A DNA stretch of 64,000 bases from Octopus vulgaris (GCA_951406725.2 OX597824.1:94054001-94118000), one strand, 5' to 3'; shown: positions 41,671 through 56,261, counted from the stretch's first letter. Program-made: numbers and translations. Notes: generated from the letters alone by a model not told the origin.

Positions 41671-42679
41671 ATATATATATATGTAAAGCTATATATATAT
41701 ATATAAAAAGCTATATATATATATAAAAAGATATATATATATATATATATGTCTGTGTGTATGCACATTACATAGAAAGATACAATTTGGCAATCGATAA
41801 TTGAAAACGAAATTGAAGTCCAGATCTTTTCGTTTTCGTTAAATCTTTGTTAGAAAGGGAAACTAGGAAGTCCGCACGAGACACGACTAAACTTGTTGCG
41901 TAAATAATACACGCCTGCAGACAAAGTCATTTCCGAGAACATAGATAAGGACGATGATGGTGGTGGTGATGATGGTGATGATGATGATGATGACGATGAT
42001 GATGATGATGATGATGATTATGATGATGATGATGGTGGTGGTGGTGGTGGTGGTGGTGGTGGTGGTGGTGGTAACGATGGGTTACTTTATTCAACGAAAG
42101 GGCTTGTGATATACGTTGATAATAAACCATGTATGTCTATAAACCCACAACACAGACAATGCATACGCACATACATACATACATACATAAATACATACAT
42201 GCATACATACATACATACGCTTCCATATGTATATGTGTGTGTATGTACATGCATACTTGTATATGTGTATGGACATACATACATATACTTCGAAGTCACT
42301 GTCAAAATTATTCTCATTGGGGAATAATATATTTGTACTCTACAAGAGTATAAGAGTAACCCATCAAATTAATGTGAGACTGCTTTTGTTATAAGTGAGC
42401 ATAACCGCAAGCACACACACACAGATATATACATACATACATTCATACATACATACATACATACATACATACATACATACATACATACATACATACATAC
42501 ATACATGCATGCATGCATACATACATACATATATACATATACATATATACATATACATATATGTATATATAATTATGTATATATATATATTTATATTTAT
42601 ATATATACACATATACAAACACATATACAGACATGCAAATGCGTAAATATATGTGTATATATACATACATATATAATAC

Positions 42680-42752
<73 letters not shown>

Positions 42753-42754
<2 letters not shown>

Positions 42755-43425
42755 TACTACTACTAATATAGGATGAAGTTAGTTTTTTTATAGAAAAAAA
42801 ATTCTATCAAAAAATGTGGCAGCATATTAAAATACCTTTATGGTTAAAATTATAAACAACTTATAAATAAGAGCTAAAGAAAAATTATTTCTATGCCAAT
42901 ATGCTGATAACAGACTTTTAAATCGTCAATTTCCACATATTATTTACTCGCTACAGAAAACACGAAGAGCTGAAATCGAGGAAAGCTAGCCAATAGACTT
43001 TTTTTAAAACGTTCTTTATTTCTATATTGAATCAATTTCGGAATTAATCTCATAATAGATTTTTTTCCTCTTCAGTAGAAAATACGAAAAGATATAAATA
43101 AGATACTTAGATGCACCCATGGAAAAAAGCCGAGGCGGAAATCATGAGTACATATAAGTACCCCAGATATATCTAAAAATAAAATCCTTTGGTCAGCCTC
43201 AGCACACGTGTGAACTGTTCCCCAGTGCAGCTTATAGTGTTTACCAGTCCATATAGCGAATAGTAATAAGTCTACTACTAATATAGGATGAAGTTTTTTT
43301 ACAGAAAAAAAATTCCATCAAAAAATGTGGCAGCATATTAAAATACCTTTAAGGTTAAAATTATAAACAATATTTTTTTTTCCATGGGCGCATGTAAGTA
43401 TCTTATTTATATTTTTTCGTATTCT
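42753..43425 (-). mobile_element. Non-coding terminally redundant element with hammerhead ribozyme (non-autonomous Penelope-like or retrozyme-like)
   Basis: ~100-bp direct repeats at 42757-42859 and 43272-43370. An inverted copy of 43078-43128 lies at ~43375-43425. Abuts (TA)n and contains a hammerhead. Confidence 0.75.
43019..43081 (-). ncRNA. Type I hammerhead ribozyme
   Basis: Minus strand TTTCTA-CTGAAGA-GGAA aaa AATCT attatg AGATT aa TTCC-GAAA-TTG att CAA-TA-TAGAAA. Intact CUGAnGA/GAAA core, 6-bp stem I, 4+5-bp stem II, 4-bp stem III, AUA triplet. Confidence 0.8.
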
Positions 43426-43701
43426 CGAAAGAGAAAGATAGAGAGAGAAATAGAATGAGAGAGAGAAGGGAAGCCCTATCTCTATCTTTTCTGTTTTCCA
43501 TTTCTGTTTTTTGTTATGTATGTCTATTTGGACTTTAACTTTGCCCTTTCTACCACAGCCTCTGCTATCTCTTTCTCTTTATCTCTCTTCCTCCCTCTCT
43601 ATCTCGCTCTCTCTCTCTCTCTTTCGCTCTTTCTTTTGTTATCATATGTGTATTCCCACCATGCAATCTCTCGTAATATTATGTTTCCGTTTCACTCACA
43701 G

Positions 43702-43824
43702 ATGAGGGCTTTACGTAGACTGAGTCAAATGGACATACCCAACAAATTGATCGGAGACAATGTTAGGCCAACAAGACCTCTAAACCGAAGGACAATTCGA
43801 ACGAATATTAACCCACATGATGAA
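43702..43824 (+). CDS. Candidate internal coding exon, 123 bp, phase 0-0 (MRALRRLSQMDIPNKLIGDNVRPTRPLNRRTIRTNINPHDE); gene not recognised
   Basis: Acceptor TTTCCGTTTCACTCACAG, donor GAA|GTGAGT, length divisible by 3, only one open frame, non-repetitive sequence. Confidence 0.55.
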
Positions 43825-44643
43825 GTGAGTATGGCATTCTTGATCTTTCCGCACCAACCGTTCCCCTCTTCACATACACAAACCCAACACGATGCACTCA
43901 CAATGTGGTCCGCAATATCTATTAGACATAGCAACAGCCACACCTCCCTCAATTCAAACTCTATGGTGTTAACAAAAGAAAACGTGGAATAAGGTGGTCT
44001 TGTGTTCTCTACAAATAAACGTCTACAACCTGGTCGTCTTTTTCCGCGAGAAATAGCAGTTGATGTAATAGAATACAGCCTTCCCTTTCAAAATTGTTGG
44101 ACTTGCGCCAATATTTCAAACGCTTATTTAGTCCAAGATCATTGCTGAAAGAGCAAGTACATGATCAAATGCACTCCGTCCGTGACATACCCTTCTATAT
44201 CTTACCCTATTATGACCTGGTTGCTCTTGTCTGTGAGAAATAGCAGTCAATACCTCTCTCAAATCGTATCAAGTCATCTCAAAACAGACGCGTTGGATAA
44301 TAGGATCAAAGGTTCCGTGCACATAGGATATGAAATGCATGATTGTCACGGATGGAGTGCATTTGATTATATACTTCTACTTTCATCATTGATCCTGGGA
44401 TAAATAATTGCCAGAAATTTTGGCACAAAGCCAGCAATTTTGAAAGGTAAGGAACTATCCCATTACATCGACACCATTACTTGACTGGTACTTTATTTTA
44501 TCGATCCTGGAAGGAGGAAAAGCAAAATTAACTTCCATTGGAACTGAACTCGTAGCTACCAAGATTTTTTTCCCGACGCTCTAAAGATTCCACCAGCTCG
44601 CCACTTTATCAGTGGTTAAATAATAATAATGTTAATAATAATA

Positions 44644-44775
<132 letters not shown>

Positions 44776-44784
44776 GTGATGATG

Positions 44785-45185
44785 ATAAAAGCCCAGTAAG
44801 CCGGATATAGTTGTCAGAGGTGATCAAGGGAAAAAATGCTTTCTATTTGATGTATCAATACCAGCAGATGACAACGTTTCTCTAAAAGAAATGGAGAAAC
44901 TTTCAAATACAAAGACCTCGAAATACAGGTAACTCGAATGTGGAGTCTAAAAACAGAAACAATTCTCATCCTAGTAGGTACATTAGGCATGATAAAAAAA
45001 TATTCAGACAAATACATAAAACGCCAGGACTTACAAACACATGTAATATACAGAAAATTGCACTATTGGGTACCGCACATTTCCTACGTAAAACACTTTC
45101 AATACAGTGACCATAAGAGCATCACAGCAAACCACGGCGCTCGATAGTGCGGTGAAAGCACGTATTAGAAATAAGACTGTCGAAT
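44785..45185 (+). pseudogene. R4/Dong-like non-LTR retrotransposon 3' fragment (restriction-like endonuclease domain plus 3' UTR)
   Basis: KPDIVVRGDQGKKCFLFDVSIPADDNVSLKEMEKLS/YKDLEIQVTRMWSLKTETILILVGTLGMI.../IQKIALLGTAHFLRKTLSIQ* (stop 45108-45110, two frameshifts). Flanked by (TAA)n on both sides. Confidence 0.88.
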
Positions 45186-45186
45186 G

Positions 45187-45259
<73 letters not shown>

Positions 45260-45266
45260 TAATAAT

Positions 45267-45333
<67 letters not shown>

Positions 45334-45335
<2 letters not shown>

Positions 45336-45450
45336 GTGAGTAAAGAAGCACATGGAACAAATAGGGGCTGCAATAAGGGTAAAGCACTTGCAGAAAACAG
45401 CATTGGTTGGAACTGCTCGAATACTCCGGATGGTACTCGAAAAATAAGGG
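45334..45450 (+). pseudogene. Second, distinct R4/Dong-like C-terminal fragment
   Basis: KHMEQIGAAIRVKHLQKTALVGTARILRMVLEK* (stop 45445-45447), directly after (TAA)n. Confidence 0.75.
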
Positions 45451-45644
45451 GTTTTACGAGATTTGAACTCAGAACGTATCGACGGGTGAAATGCCGCTAA
45501 ACATCTCGTCCGGCGCATTAAGGATTCTACCAGCTCGCCGCATTAATTTTAAAGTGCATCAGTTAGATACACCGTTTGTTTTAACTTGTGTGTGTTACAA
45601 TTAACCGCCGATTAGCGAAACCAGTCACAGTATGCTGAAGGGGA

Positions 45645-45690
45645 GATGCTGAAGAGGAGATAACCTCTCCGAAATTTATGCGTCCACCAG
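45645..45690 (+). ncRNA. Candidate minimal hammerhead ribozyme, partly degenerate
   Basis: TG-CTGAAGA-GGAGA taacc TCTCC-GAAA-TTTATGC-GTC-CA. Core and stem II are perfect; stems I and III have only ~2 bp each. Confidence 0.5.
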
Positions 45691-45895
45691 TCTGGATAGA
45701 GAACAGTGCGAACTGACTCGGTGTGACTTTTCTTCACAACAAAATGGAGTGAATACGTTTCTTACGGGTCTGAGTATACTTCAAGCATATTTGAACTGGT
45801 AACAAGATTGCATATACAGACATCACTGCTTCGCGCTGTTAAGCCATGAACAAGTATCTGTGTGTGTATATAATGTATGTGTACAATTATATATG

Positions 45896-45955
<60 letters not shown>

Positions 45956-46249
45956 TAAGATTTGGTGGTAGAAGGAGGATAGACTGAGCTCAGACTATAG
46001 GCATAATCATTTATTTTTAAACCCCGAGGGTTTCATGCCTGGCATTTATCGATCTTTGCAAGAATCCCCCTGTCCTTCGGTGACCTTGTAAATTCTGTCG
46101 ACTAGAAATATATATTATACATCTATATACACAAAACACACATACACACACACACACTAATACATATACCCACACATATATAAATATATGTAAGCATACA
46201 ATTCCATATCTCTGCATATATGCATTTATATATATATGTATATATATGC

Positions 46250-46286
<37 letters not shown>

Positions 46287-46359
46287 CATACACTTCTATA
46301 TGTGTATATCTCTATAAATGTATGTATGTATATATATAGAGAGAGAGAGTGAGAGAGAG

Positions 46360-46412
<53 letters not shown>

Positions 46413-46446
46413 TTTATATGTCCATATGTATGCATTTATATGTATT

Positions 46447-46492
<46 letters not shown>

Positions 46493-46639
46493 ACATATAA
46501 TATATATGTCTATATATTATATATATGTTTGTATGTATGTCCATGTATGTATATATGTATGTTTACATATATATTCATGTATATATATATATGCACACAC
46601 ATATATATATATACAATGCATATAATATATGGATATATG

Positions 46640-46680
<41 letters not shown>

Positions 46681-47111
46681 GCTTTTATACACCTACGCCG
46701 TAGACAAACACACACGCAAAAACACGTGCCATGATGTAACATACATGCATAGAAACATGCATGTATGTAAGCATACATACATACATACATACATGCATAA
46801 ATATATGCATATACACATCCAAGAACTGCATTCAGGAAGGTAGAAAAATCGGTCTGTGATCTTCTTTGCTTGGTTCTCACTACTTCAATCACAGATCAAT
46901 AAGCAATCACAGAAATCTTCTCTACGGATTAGGATCATCTTTAATCTAAAAATGTCTGCCTGATCTTCAAAACTCTACTGCTATTTCTAACGTTTTGTTT
47001 TCGTGAATTAGTCGTTTGCTATTACAGGCATATACCTCTAAAGTGCATACGTATATATGTGTCTGTATATATGTGCGTGTGTGTGTGCGACTGCATGAGT
47101 GCGCGTGCACA

Positions 47112-47144
<33 letters not shown>

Positions 47145-47173
47145 GTATATATATCTACATCTACATATATACG

Positions 47174-47211
<38 letters not shown>

Positions 47212-47326
47212 TAAATGTATATATATACATATATATGTACAGATGAATGTGTATAAACATATATATATATCTATATATATCTATGTGTGTGTGTGTATAT
47301 ATTTATGTATGTATATATATATATAT

Positions 47327-47401
<75 letters not shown>

Positions 47402-48052
47402 TAGATATAGATATATATAAATATATATATATACATGTTTTTCTTCTGAACGCGACATGGCATGATTATGCATAGAAGTATGTGTATCTGCTCATACGTA
47501 AGAATATGTGTGTATGTGGGTATATACATGTATACACACACACATATATATATATATGTACATAAGTGCATATATAAATATATATATACATACAAACAAC
47601 ATGTATATATGTATATGCATGCATATATATGAATGTATGCATATGTATAGATATATGCGTATATATCAATACAATGTATAAATGTATATATGTGAGTGTA
47701 TATATTTAGTTATCTACGTATGTATGAACACGTGATTCATGCATATATATATATAAACAAGCGTCCCTACACCTTTGGTCTCCTATGTATATATATATAT
47801 ATAGACATACATATACTATGTGTGTGTGTGCGTGTGTGTGTATATGTACATAGATTATATATGTATAATATAATATAATTTAAATATATATATGATATAA
47901 TATGATATATATATATATATCACGTGATATATATATATACATATACACATACACACATATATATATTTATTCACAAAGTTAGACAAATAGATAGATACAC
48001 AGACAGACACACGGGTAGATAGATAGATAGAGAGATAGATAGATAGATAGAG

Positions 48053-48087
<35 letters not shown>

Positions 48088-49090
48088 GGCATACACACAT
48101 ACATGCATACATACATACATACATACATACATACATACATACATACATACATACATACATACATACATAGAGAGACAGACAGACAGACATATTGTTAGAT
48201 ATATGCATACATACTTGCATACACACATACATAGACTGTTTGATAGAAAGATAGATGCATATGCTCGTATGTATATGAGTATATGTATGCACGCGTGTAT
48301 GTATACAAGTTGCTTTCCCACGTTTGCTTATATGCGTTATACGTATCGTCTGCTGTTTGAGTCGGTCTCCATCTTAGAATATTCATGTTGTCGTTGCTGC
48401 TGCTGCTGTCATGGTTGTTATTGTTGTCGTTGTTGCTCTTGTTGTTGTCGTTTGACTTTCGTCTTTTACTGTTATTGCCTGTTTCACTTCATCCACCAAC
48501 GAGTTTATTTTTACTGCAGCATTTCGTTTGGTTCATTCGTTTTTGTCGTGCCTCCATCTTGTTCTCCTTCCCGACGTTCTTATCCTTGCCCTCGACTTCG
48601 CCCTCGTCCTTCTCGTCTTTGTTGTCGCTACTGCTGCTACTACTGCTGCTGCTACTGTTTCTAGTGACGATGGTGGAGCCGTTAGTTCCCACCAATATTA
48701 CACACTCACATATTGTCATTCTACGAAGAAAACCCTCACACACAAAGACACACACAGACACACACATACACGCACGCGAACACACAAACGCTTCCATAGC
48801 CACACACAAACAGCAGAAGAACTTGCTCAGTAATTCTGGGTCATTGAATACCCTTCGCTTATAAACACAGATTTCTTCAATTGTCTTTGACGTCTCACGC
48901 TGCAGAAAACATTTCTCTTTGTTTTGCTTCGACCTGAACACACATAACAACACAGAAAACAACTGAACGACGACTTACTTGTTACTCGTGTCACAGTTTC
49001 AAATCTCACCTCATCTTTCATGGCTTAGATCACGGCAGAATTAAGCTTTTACGCTTTGCTGGCTTTACCTATGTGTATGTATTTGTTTGT

Positions 49091-49133
<43 letters not shown>

Positions 49134-49206
49134 GTGTTTGTGTGTACGTGTGTATGCATATACGTGTATATATATATATATGTACACAGACACACACGAC
49201 TGTATG

Positions 49207-49390
<184 letters not shown>

Positions 49391-49560
49391 GTGGGCTCAA
49401 ACATTAAAACACAACATATATACATTGATATAGACACATACGCACACACAGCTAAATATACACACACATGCTCACAAACAAACATACACACATATATATA
49501 TGCATAGATATATATATATATATATACACACATGTATAGACTTACACATATGTATAGACT

Positions 49561-49625
<65 letters not shown>

Positions 49626-50075
49626 TGTTTGGGTTAAGAAATACACAAGCAAACACTATATCTATGGTAAGTTATGGCGGAGCAGAGATTTCAGACTTAG
49701 TCGGATTATAAATCCCACACCGACTGTTTCGGAGATTCTCTCGTATAGGTTTTTACAGCAGCAACTTTCTCGCTTGACACAGTAACATGAACGGACATAA
49801 GTTATACAAATGATCACAACACTTATCAACATGTTTTCGTTAATTTTTTTTTAGGATTTGATTTAAAATTTACTCTATAATTGTATATTAAACAGACGTC
49901 ACGATAGAGGTTTAAGGTTACAATAATATTAGATATTAGAAGATAAAAGTGGCAAATATTATTACAACAAAACTCCAACCACCCGCTCATGATCATGCAG
50001 TACATTATAGACATTATCAAACGTATCTCGTTTGTCTTCAAGTAGATTAGGATAAATTCGTACTATATTATATTT

Positions 50076-50491
50076 TATTTCTTTAATATCCAGAAGGGGA
50101 TAGACATAGAGGGGTCAAACAAGGACAGACAAACGGATTAAGTCGATTATATCGACTCCAGTGCATAAATGGTACTTATTTAATCGACCCCGAAAGGATA
50201 AAAGGCAAAGTCGACCTCGGCTGAATTTGAACTCAGAACATAACAGCAGACGAAATACCTATTTCTTTACTACCCACAAGGGACTAAACACAGTGGGAAC
50301 AAACAAGGACAGACAAACGGATTAAGTCGATTATATCGACTCCAGTGCGTAAATGGTACTTATTTAATCGACCCCTAAAGGATAAAAGGCAAAGTCGACC
50401 TCAGCAGAATTTGAACTCAGAACGTAGCGGCAGACGAAATACCACTAAGCATTTCGCCCGGCGTGCTAACGATTCTACTAGCTCGCCGCCT
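50076..50491 (-). mobile_element. SINE family A dimer with 13-bp TSD
   Basis: Junction at 50259/50260. CTATATTATATTT occurs at 50063-50075 and 50496-50508. Confidence 0.9.
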
Positions 50492-50559
50492 TCTTCTATA
50501 TTATATTTGAGACCCTGGTAAATATGGTTTTGACAAGCTGGAAAATATAGATCAGTACA

Positions 50560-50995
50560 TATAGCTATGTGCGTAAGAGTTTCGCTTTGAAACCATTTGG
50601 TTACGGGTTCAGTCCTACTTCGTGGCATCTTGGGAGAGTCTTCTACTATTTGTCTCCGGTCGACCAATGCTTTGTGAGTGAATTTGGTGGACAGTAAGTA
50701 TGCGGAAATCCATTGTATATGTGTATGTGTGCCTGTGTACGCGTGTGTATGTGTTTGCGTTTGTCCATCACTACTCCCGCTTAACAACCGGCGTTGGTTT
50801 ATTTTTGACCCCATAACATAGCGGTTCGACAAAAGATACCGATAGAATATAAGTATCAGACTTCAACGTACGTACTGGGGTCTATTTGTCCGATTAATCA
50901 TTTTAAGGCGGTGCCCCAACATAACCGCAGTCGAATCGAACTCACAACCTCACGATCGTAAGCTCGACGCTCTATCCATTGAGCCATGCGTCTTC
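50560..50995 (+). mobile_element. Diverged SINE family B copy followed by an inverted tRNA-like SINE head (50935-50995, minus)
   Basis: Family B motifs in order. Minus-strand TGGCTCAATGGATAGAGCG..GAGTTCGATTC. Confidence 0.75.
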
Positions 50996-51162
50996 ACTCT
51001 ATATATGTACATATACATAATTATACATGCATATATATACAGACATATACATATATATATTTATGTATATATATATATATGTGCATTGTGAATATATTTG
51101 CATATATATGCACACACAAACGCACACAGACAGATACACACTTACGCACGCACAAATACACG

Positions 51163-51213
<51 letters not shown>

Positions 51214-51328
51214 CCAAAGACGTACGTGGTGAATAGTTGTCATCATATGAAACTCTTAATGAGTTTTTTGCTGTAGCTGTTAATGGTTAATAATTCCTCG
51301 CAATATTCCCTCGTCTTTGACTGCTTCC

Positions 51329-51975
51329 ATGTATGTATGTGTATGTATGTATGTATGTATGTATGTATGTATGTATGTATGTATGTATGTATGTATGTAT
51401 ATTTGCATGCATGTATGTATATATATATTTGCATGCATGCATGTATGTATATATGCATTCATGTACGTGTATATATATGTACGTATGTCTGCCTATATGT
51501 ATGTATGCATATATGCATGAATGTATGTCTGCATGCATGTATGTATGAATGTAAACATGTATATATGTATGTATGCATCTACGTATGAACGCATGTAGGT
51601 ATGTATGCATGTATGTATGCTTCTATGCATGTATGTATGCATGTATGTATGAATGTATGCATGCAAGTATGTATGTATGTATGAACGTATGTATGAATGT
51701 GTCCATGCATGCATGTATGTATATATATATTTATGCATTTATGTATGTATATATGTATGTATATGTATGAATGTATATGTATGTATGTATATATCTATGT
51801 ATGAATGTATGTATGTATGTATGTATGTATGTATGTATGTATGTAGGTATGTAGGTATGTATGTATGTATGTATGTATGTATATATAGATGTACGTATGT
51901 ATGTATGTATGTATGTATGTATGTATGCAGGCATGTATGTATGTATGTATGTATGTATGTATGCAGGTATGTATA
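51329..51975. repeat. Degenerate (TATG)n microsatellite
   Basis: Directly visible. Confidence 0.95.
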
Positions 51976-54046
51976 GGTGTTACAGGCAGAATTTGAGCGT
52001 GTGCAGGTGTATGGTCGGACGTGTATGTCCCCTCCTTTATTTGATTTTCATCATTGAAGACTCTTTTATTTCTCTCTTTTTCATTTCATTGTTACACCTT
52101 TATTAACTTTACTTCAACCATTGAAATATTGAATGACAGAAATGCAATTAAAGATGCGTTTTTTTTTCCTCTCCGAAAAACTCTAATATTGCGTCAAGTG
52201 TAGTTTCTTTCCACAAGGTTTTCTCGGGTACATGTACTGTGGACACTCGACATCTCTGAGGCCGTTATTGCTGCAGGTATTGGCATTGATTTTTGTTCCG
52301 TTATAGAAATAAAGACAAAAGAACCCATGAACTTTCTGACAGGGTCTCCGTGATTGGTTATGGGGACGGAGAAAAAGAAGGAACCACTTTTAGTTGGTTG
52401 CGGTTGTAGGAAACAGCGCAGTGAGGTATCTAGAATGTCTTCTAAACCCCTATGCCTTGCAAGAACGTAAATTCCTCCAAGGATACCCGAGGGTTAAATA
52501 AAGGCAAATTTCAGGTCAGCGCTGTTCGATGAAATCTATGATCGAAGACGTTCCAAAACGTGACTGACCTGCTTTTCTTTTCAGAATTAATGTATCTATG
52601 GCAACACATGTCAATGAATCCTTCCATTTTTTCTAAGATGCTAGTTATTTGATGGACCTTTAACTGTTATTTCTAGCAGAATGGTACTAAATGTTATGAG
52701 AACTTTCCAGGAGGATTTCCCAACTCTTTGTAGCTTTTGTCAGTGGAAAAATAAATCATTATCATTTTATCATTATGTCAGAAAGAGACAAGCAGGATAA
52801 AAGAACGTCTTGAAGTAATTAGTTACATAACTTTAACAATCTTAGGTCAAATCTCACCGGATTTTACGTCTTCTTCTGTTCCTCCGGGGTTAATAACTTA
52901 AATACAGTTCAGTGTTTGAATCGGTTTAAATGATTACACATCATACCAAAGAGGTGTGCCCTTACAGCAATGTGAAGAATCGTTCTTAAATGGAATTTCA
53001 AAATCGCTTGTGCATTGGATTAAACACGTCAGGACAGTCCTGTACACTTGTAATGAAAAGCGTTTAAGCAATGGCGACACTTCTTTTGTATCTCTTGTTA
53101 TCTTTCTCCAGATGTAAATTATCTAGAACTTCATCTTATGTTCTTTTTCTAAACTGTGAGACATTATTTATGAGATAATTGCTGCTGTTTCTAACAGATT
53201 AAGCGTCACCTGATAGTTAGTACCAGCTATTATGATTGTGTTGCTGTACAATTGTATGATTCCGCTACCTTAGTTGACTGTATTTGGTCCCGTCGTTGGT
53301 TATTTTCGTTGGATCAAGGTATCAGCTTATGTTTCTTTAAAGAATAAATATTTTGGCTGAATATATATTCCAAACGCTTCAAGGTATTTCGTTACTGTTC
53401 CTGTTCAGTTGTACCGTTTCTCCTATAAATTCGTCCTTTTCTTTGCTACTGGTCACTTCAACCTCATATGCCTGAAAAGAAGTAAAATTTATTCAAATTT
53501 CAAAAACGATAAACAAAAATTTCAGAGAAAGAACAGCTAAAATAAAATATAAAATACTACGATAAAAATATTTTTCATGTTGATTCATATAACATTGGAA
53601 AGGATTAAAATAAGATGGAAAAGACCCAACGAATTTATCTGCCAACTTAATATTTTTTCGCTACGTCGGTTGAACGTATCTGCTTATATCATTAGTTATT
53701 CTTCTTGGTTCAACACATCTGCTAATATAACTGCATAAAATGTATATTCTAGATGGATACATATTCCAGCTAACTTCTTCTGTTTCAAGATATCTGGTTA
53801 AGTTGCTCTGCAATTCTATATTTTCGCTAATTCATAATATATGGTTATGCTCCTGTACAGCTGTTGGGTCACAACAAGTAGTTACGTCGCTGCTGTTTCG
53901 TTGTATATTTTCACTGGTTCAATGTGCCTCGTTATGTTTTTGGTTACTTTCTTAGATTCAAGACATCTGCTGGTAAGGCATGCGCAATTCAGGCAGTATA
54001 CATAATATAAAACTGGCATTTTCGACGGGAGAGTCCTTATGAAGTC

Positions 54047-54259
54047 AGCGAGCTGGCAGAACCGTTCAGAGCACCATTTCGTCCGCCTCCGTATGTTCTG
54101 AGTTCAAATTCCGCCGAGGTCCACTTTACCTTTCATCGTTTGGAGGTCAATAAAATAAGTACCGTTTGAACACTGTGGTGAATGTAATCGACTTTGCCCT
54201 CCCCTCAAAAGTGCTAACATAGTAGCAAAATATGAAACCATTATTATTATTATTATTAT

Positions 54260-54309
<50 letters not shown>

Positions 54310-54720
54310 CTTTTAAGGTAGTGAACTGGCAGGAACGTTAGCACGCCGGACGAAATGCTTAGCGGTATCTCGTCTGCCGTTACATTCTGAGTTCAAATTC
54401 TACCGAGGTCGACTTTGCCTTTCATCCTTTCGGGGTCCATAAATTAAGTACCAGTTACGCACTGGGGTCGATATAATCGACTTAATCCGTTTGTCTGTCC
54501 TTGTTTGTCCCCTCTGTGTTTAACCCCTTGTGGGTAGTAAAGAAATAGGTATTTCGTCCGCTGCTACTTTCTGAGTTCAAATTCCGCCAAGGTCCACTTA
54601 GCCTTTTTTTTTTATCCTTTCGGGGTCGGTGAAATAAGTACTAGTTATGCACTAGTGTCGATGTAATCGACTATCCCCTTTCCCCACCAAAATTTACAAG
54701 GCCTTCTGCCAAGAGTAGAA
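54047..54720 (+). mobile_element. SINE family A monomer (54047-54240) and dimer (54316-54720)
   Basis: Junction at 54547/54548. Confidence 0.9.
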
Positions 54721-55049
54721 ATAATAAATACCATCGTCTTTATCATATTCACCATAATAATCTCCATCTCCGTCACACATTATCATCACCCACATTATCG
54801 TCACCTTCAGTATTATTTGTATCCTTTGCCAACGCAAGACATTATTTTTATGGGTTAGCTGAATCGTTAAAGTGTAGGACAATGTTCCATTGTGGTATTT
54901 TCTCCGTTGTGCGTTCTGAGTTCAAATCCCGCTGAGATCAACTATGCCTTTCAACAATTCAAGTACGATAAAATGAAACACCAGTGAAATAACTGTGATC
55001 AATTCAATCGATCTACACCATACTTCGATTTTTCCCTCCTCCTCCTCCT

Positions 55050-55275
55050 TATCTTTTATCTTTTACTTGTTATAGACTTTGGACTGCGGCCATGCAGAGG
55101 CATCACCCTCAAGGGGTTAAAAGCAAACAAAGTGACGCTAGTACTTATGTTTTTTTTTCTACCGGTCTTTTATTGCCGAACATTTAAATCAGAAGGACGT
55201 AAACAAACAAACACCAGTTGCCAGGTGTTTGTTGGAGACAGGCCCAAGCACAAACACGCAGATATATATATATAC

Positions 55276-55360
<85 letters not shown>

Positions 55361-55396
55361 CATACATACATACATACACACATACATACACACACA

Positions 55397-55432
<36 letters not shown>

Positions 55433-55504
55433 CATACACACATACATACATACACATACACACATACATACATACATACATACATACATACATACATACA
55501 TACA

Positions 55505-55537
<33 letters not shown>

Positions 55538-55772
55538 GTGTGTGTATGTATGTTTTTATTTGTGTGTCTGTGTTTGTTCCGCCACCATCATTTGACAACC
55601 GACATTGGTGTGATTACGTCCCCGTAACTTAGCGGTTCGGTGAAAGTACCCGATTGAATAAGTACTAGGCTTACAAAGAATAAGTACTGGGATCGATTTT
55701 TTCGACTAAAAAAAGGCAGAGCCCCAGCACGGCCGCAGTCAAATGACTGAAACAAATAAAAGAATAAAAGAA
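55050..55772. mobile_element. Two SINE family B 3' halves in inverted orientation (55050-55255 minus; 55555-55772 plus)
   Basis: Both match the family B tail and are separated by (TA)n/(CATA)n. Confidence 0.8.
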
Positions 55773-55909
55773 TATCAGAACCGTATAATTCCATTGTTAT
55801 TATTTTCATCCTTTTATACAAATTGAATTCGTTTGCCATCTGTTTTTATGTTTTGAGCCTTATTCTGATATCCACAGATTTACTAATGTTTTATTTCTTT
55901 CTCCCACAG

Positions 55910-55925
55910 AGACAATATACCACGT
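55910..55925 (+). CDS. Candidate 16-nt microexon (RQYTT)
   Basis: Branch-point-like TACTAAT, pyrimidine tract and CACAG acceptor; weaker donor GTAAAT at 55926. Confidence 0.3.
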
Positions 55926-55993
55926 GTAAATCTTTCTTTCTTTCCTTCTCCTTTTCTTTCATTGCCACCTCCACATTCTGCTGCCTGTTCTAG

Positions 55994-56033
55994 TTAGGAG
56001 AATGTACAATTAAAAGAGAAATGTTTTATCAAG
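55994..56033 (+). CDS. Candidate 40-nt exon (LGECTIKREMFYQ in phase 0, or FRRMYN* if joined to the microexon)
   Basis: Long pyrimidine tract plus TTCTAG acceptor and a strong donor AAG|GTAAGA. Confidence 0.35.
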
Positions 56034-56199
56034 GTAAGAAAATAACGAAATCTTTCATATGCCAGTCTGTTTCATTTTGAAAAAATATAGAATTCACATT
56101 GAGTAGTTGATTTTTAATCATTATTGACATTATGTTTGCTATTATTATTTGTCATGATTATTTTTATTACAAAATTTATTATTATTATTATTATTATTG

Positions 56200-56261
<62 letters not shown>

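Noticed and set aside
53200-54000. Possible degraded Penelope GIY-YIG coding remnant (TAVQEH on minus)
   Set aside because: A single short motif with no supporting frame.
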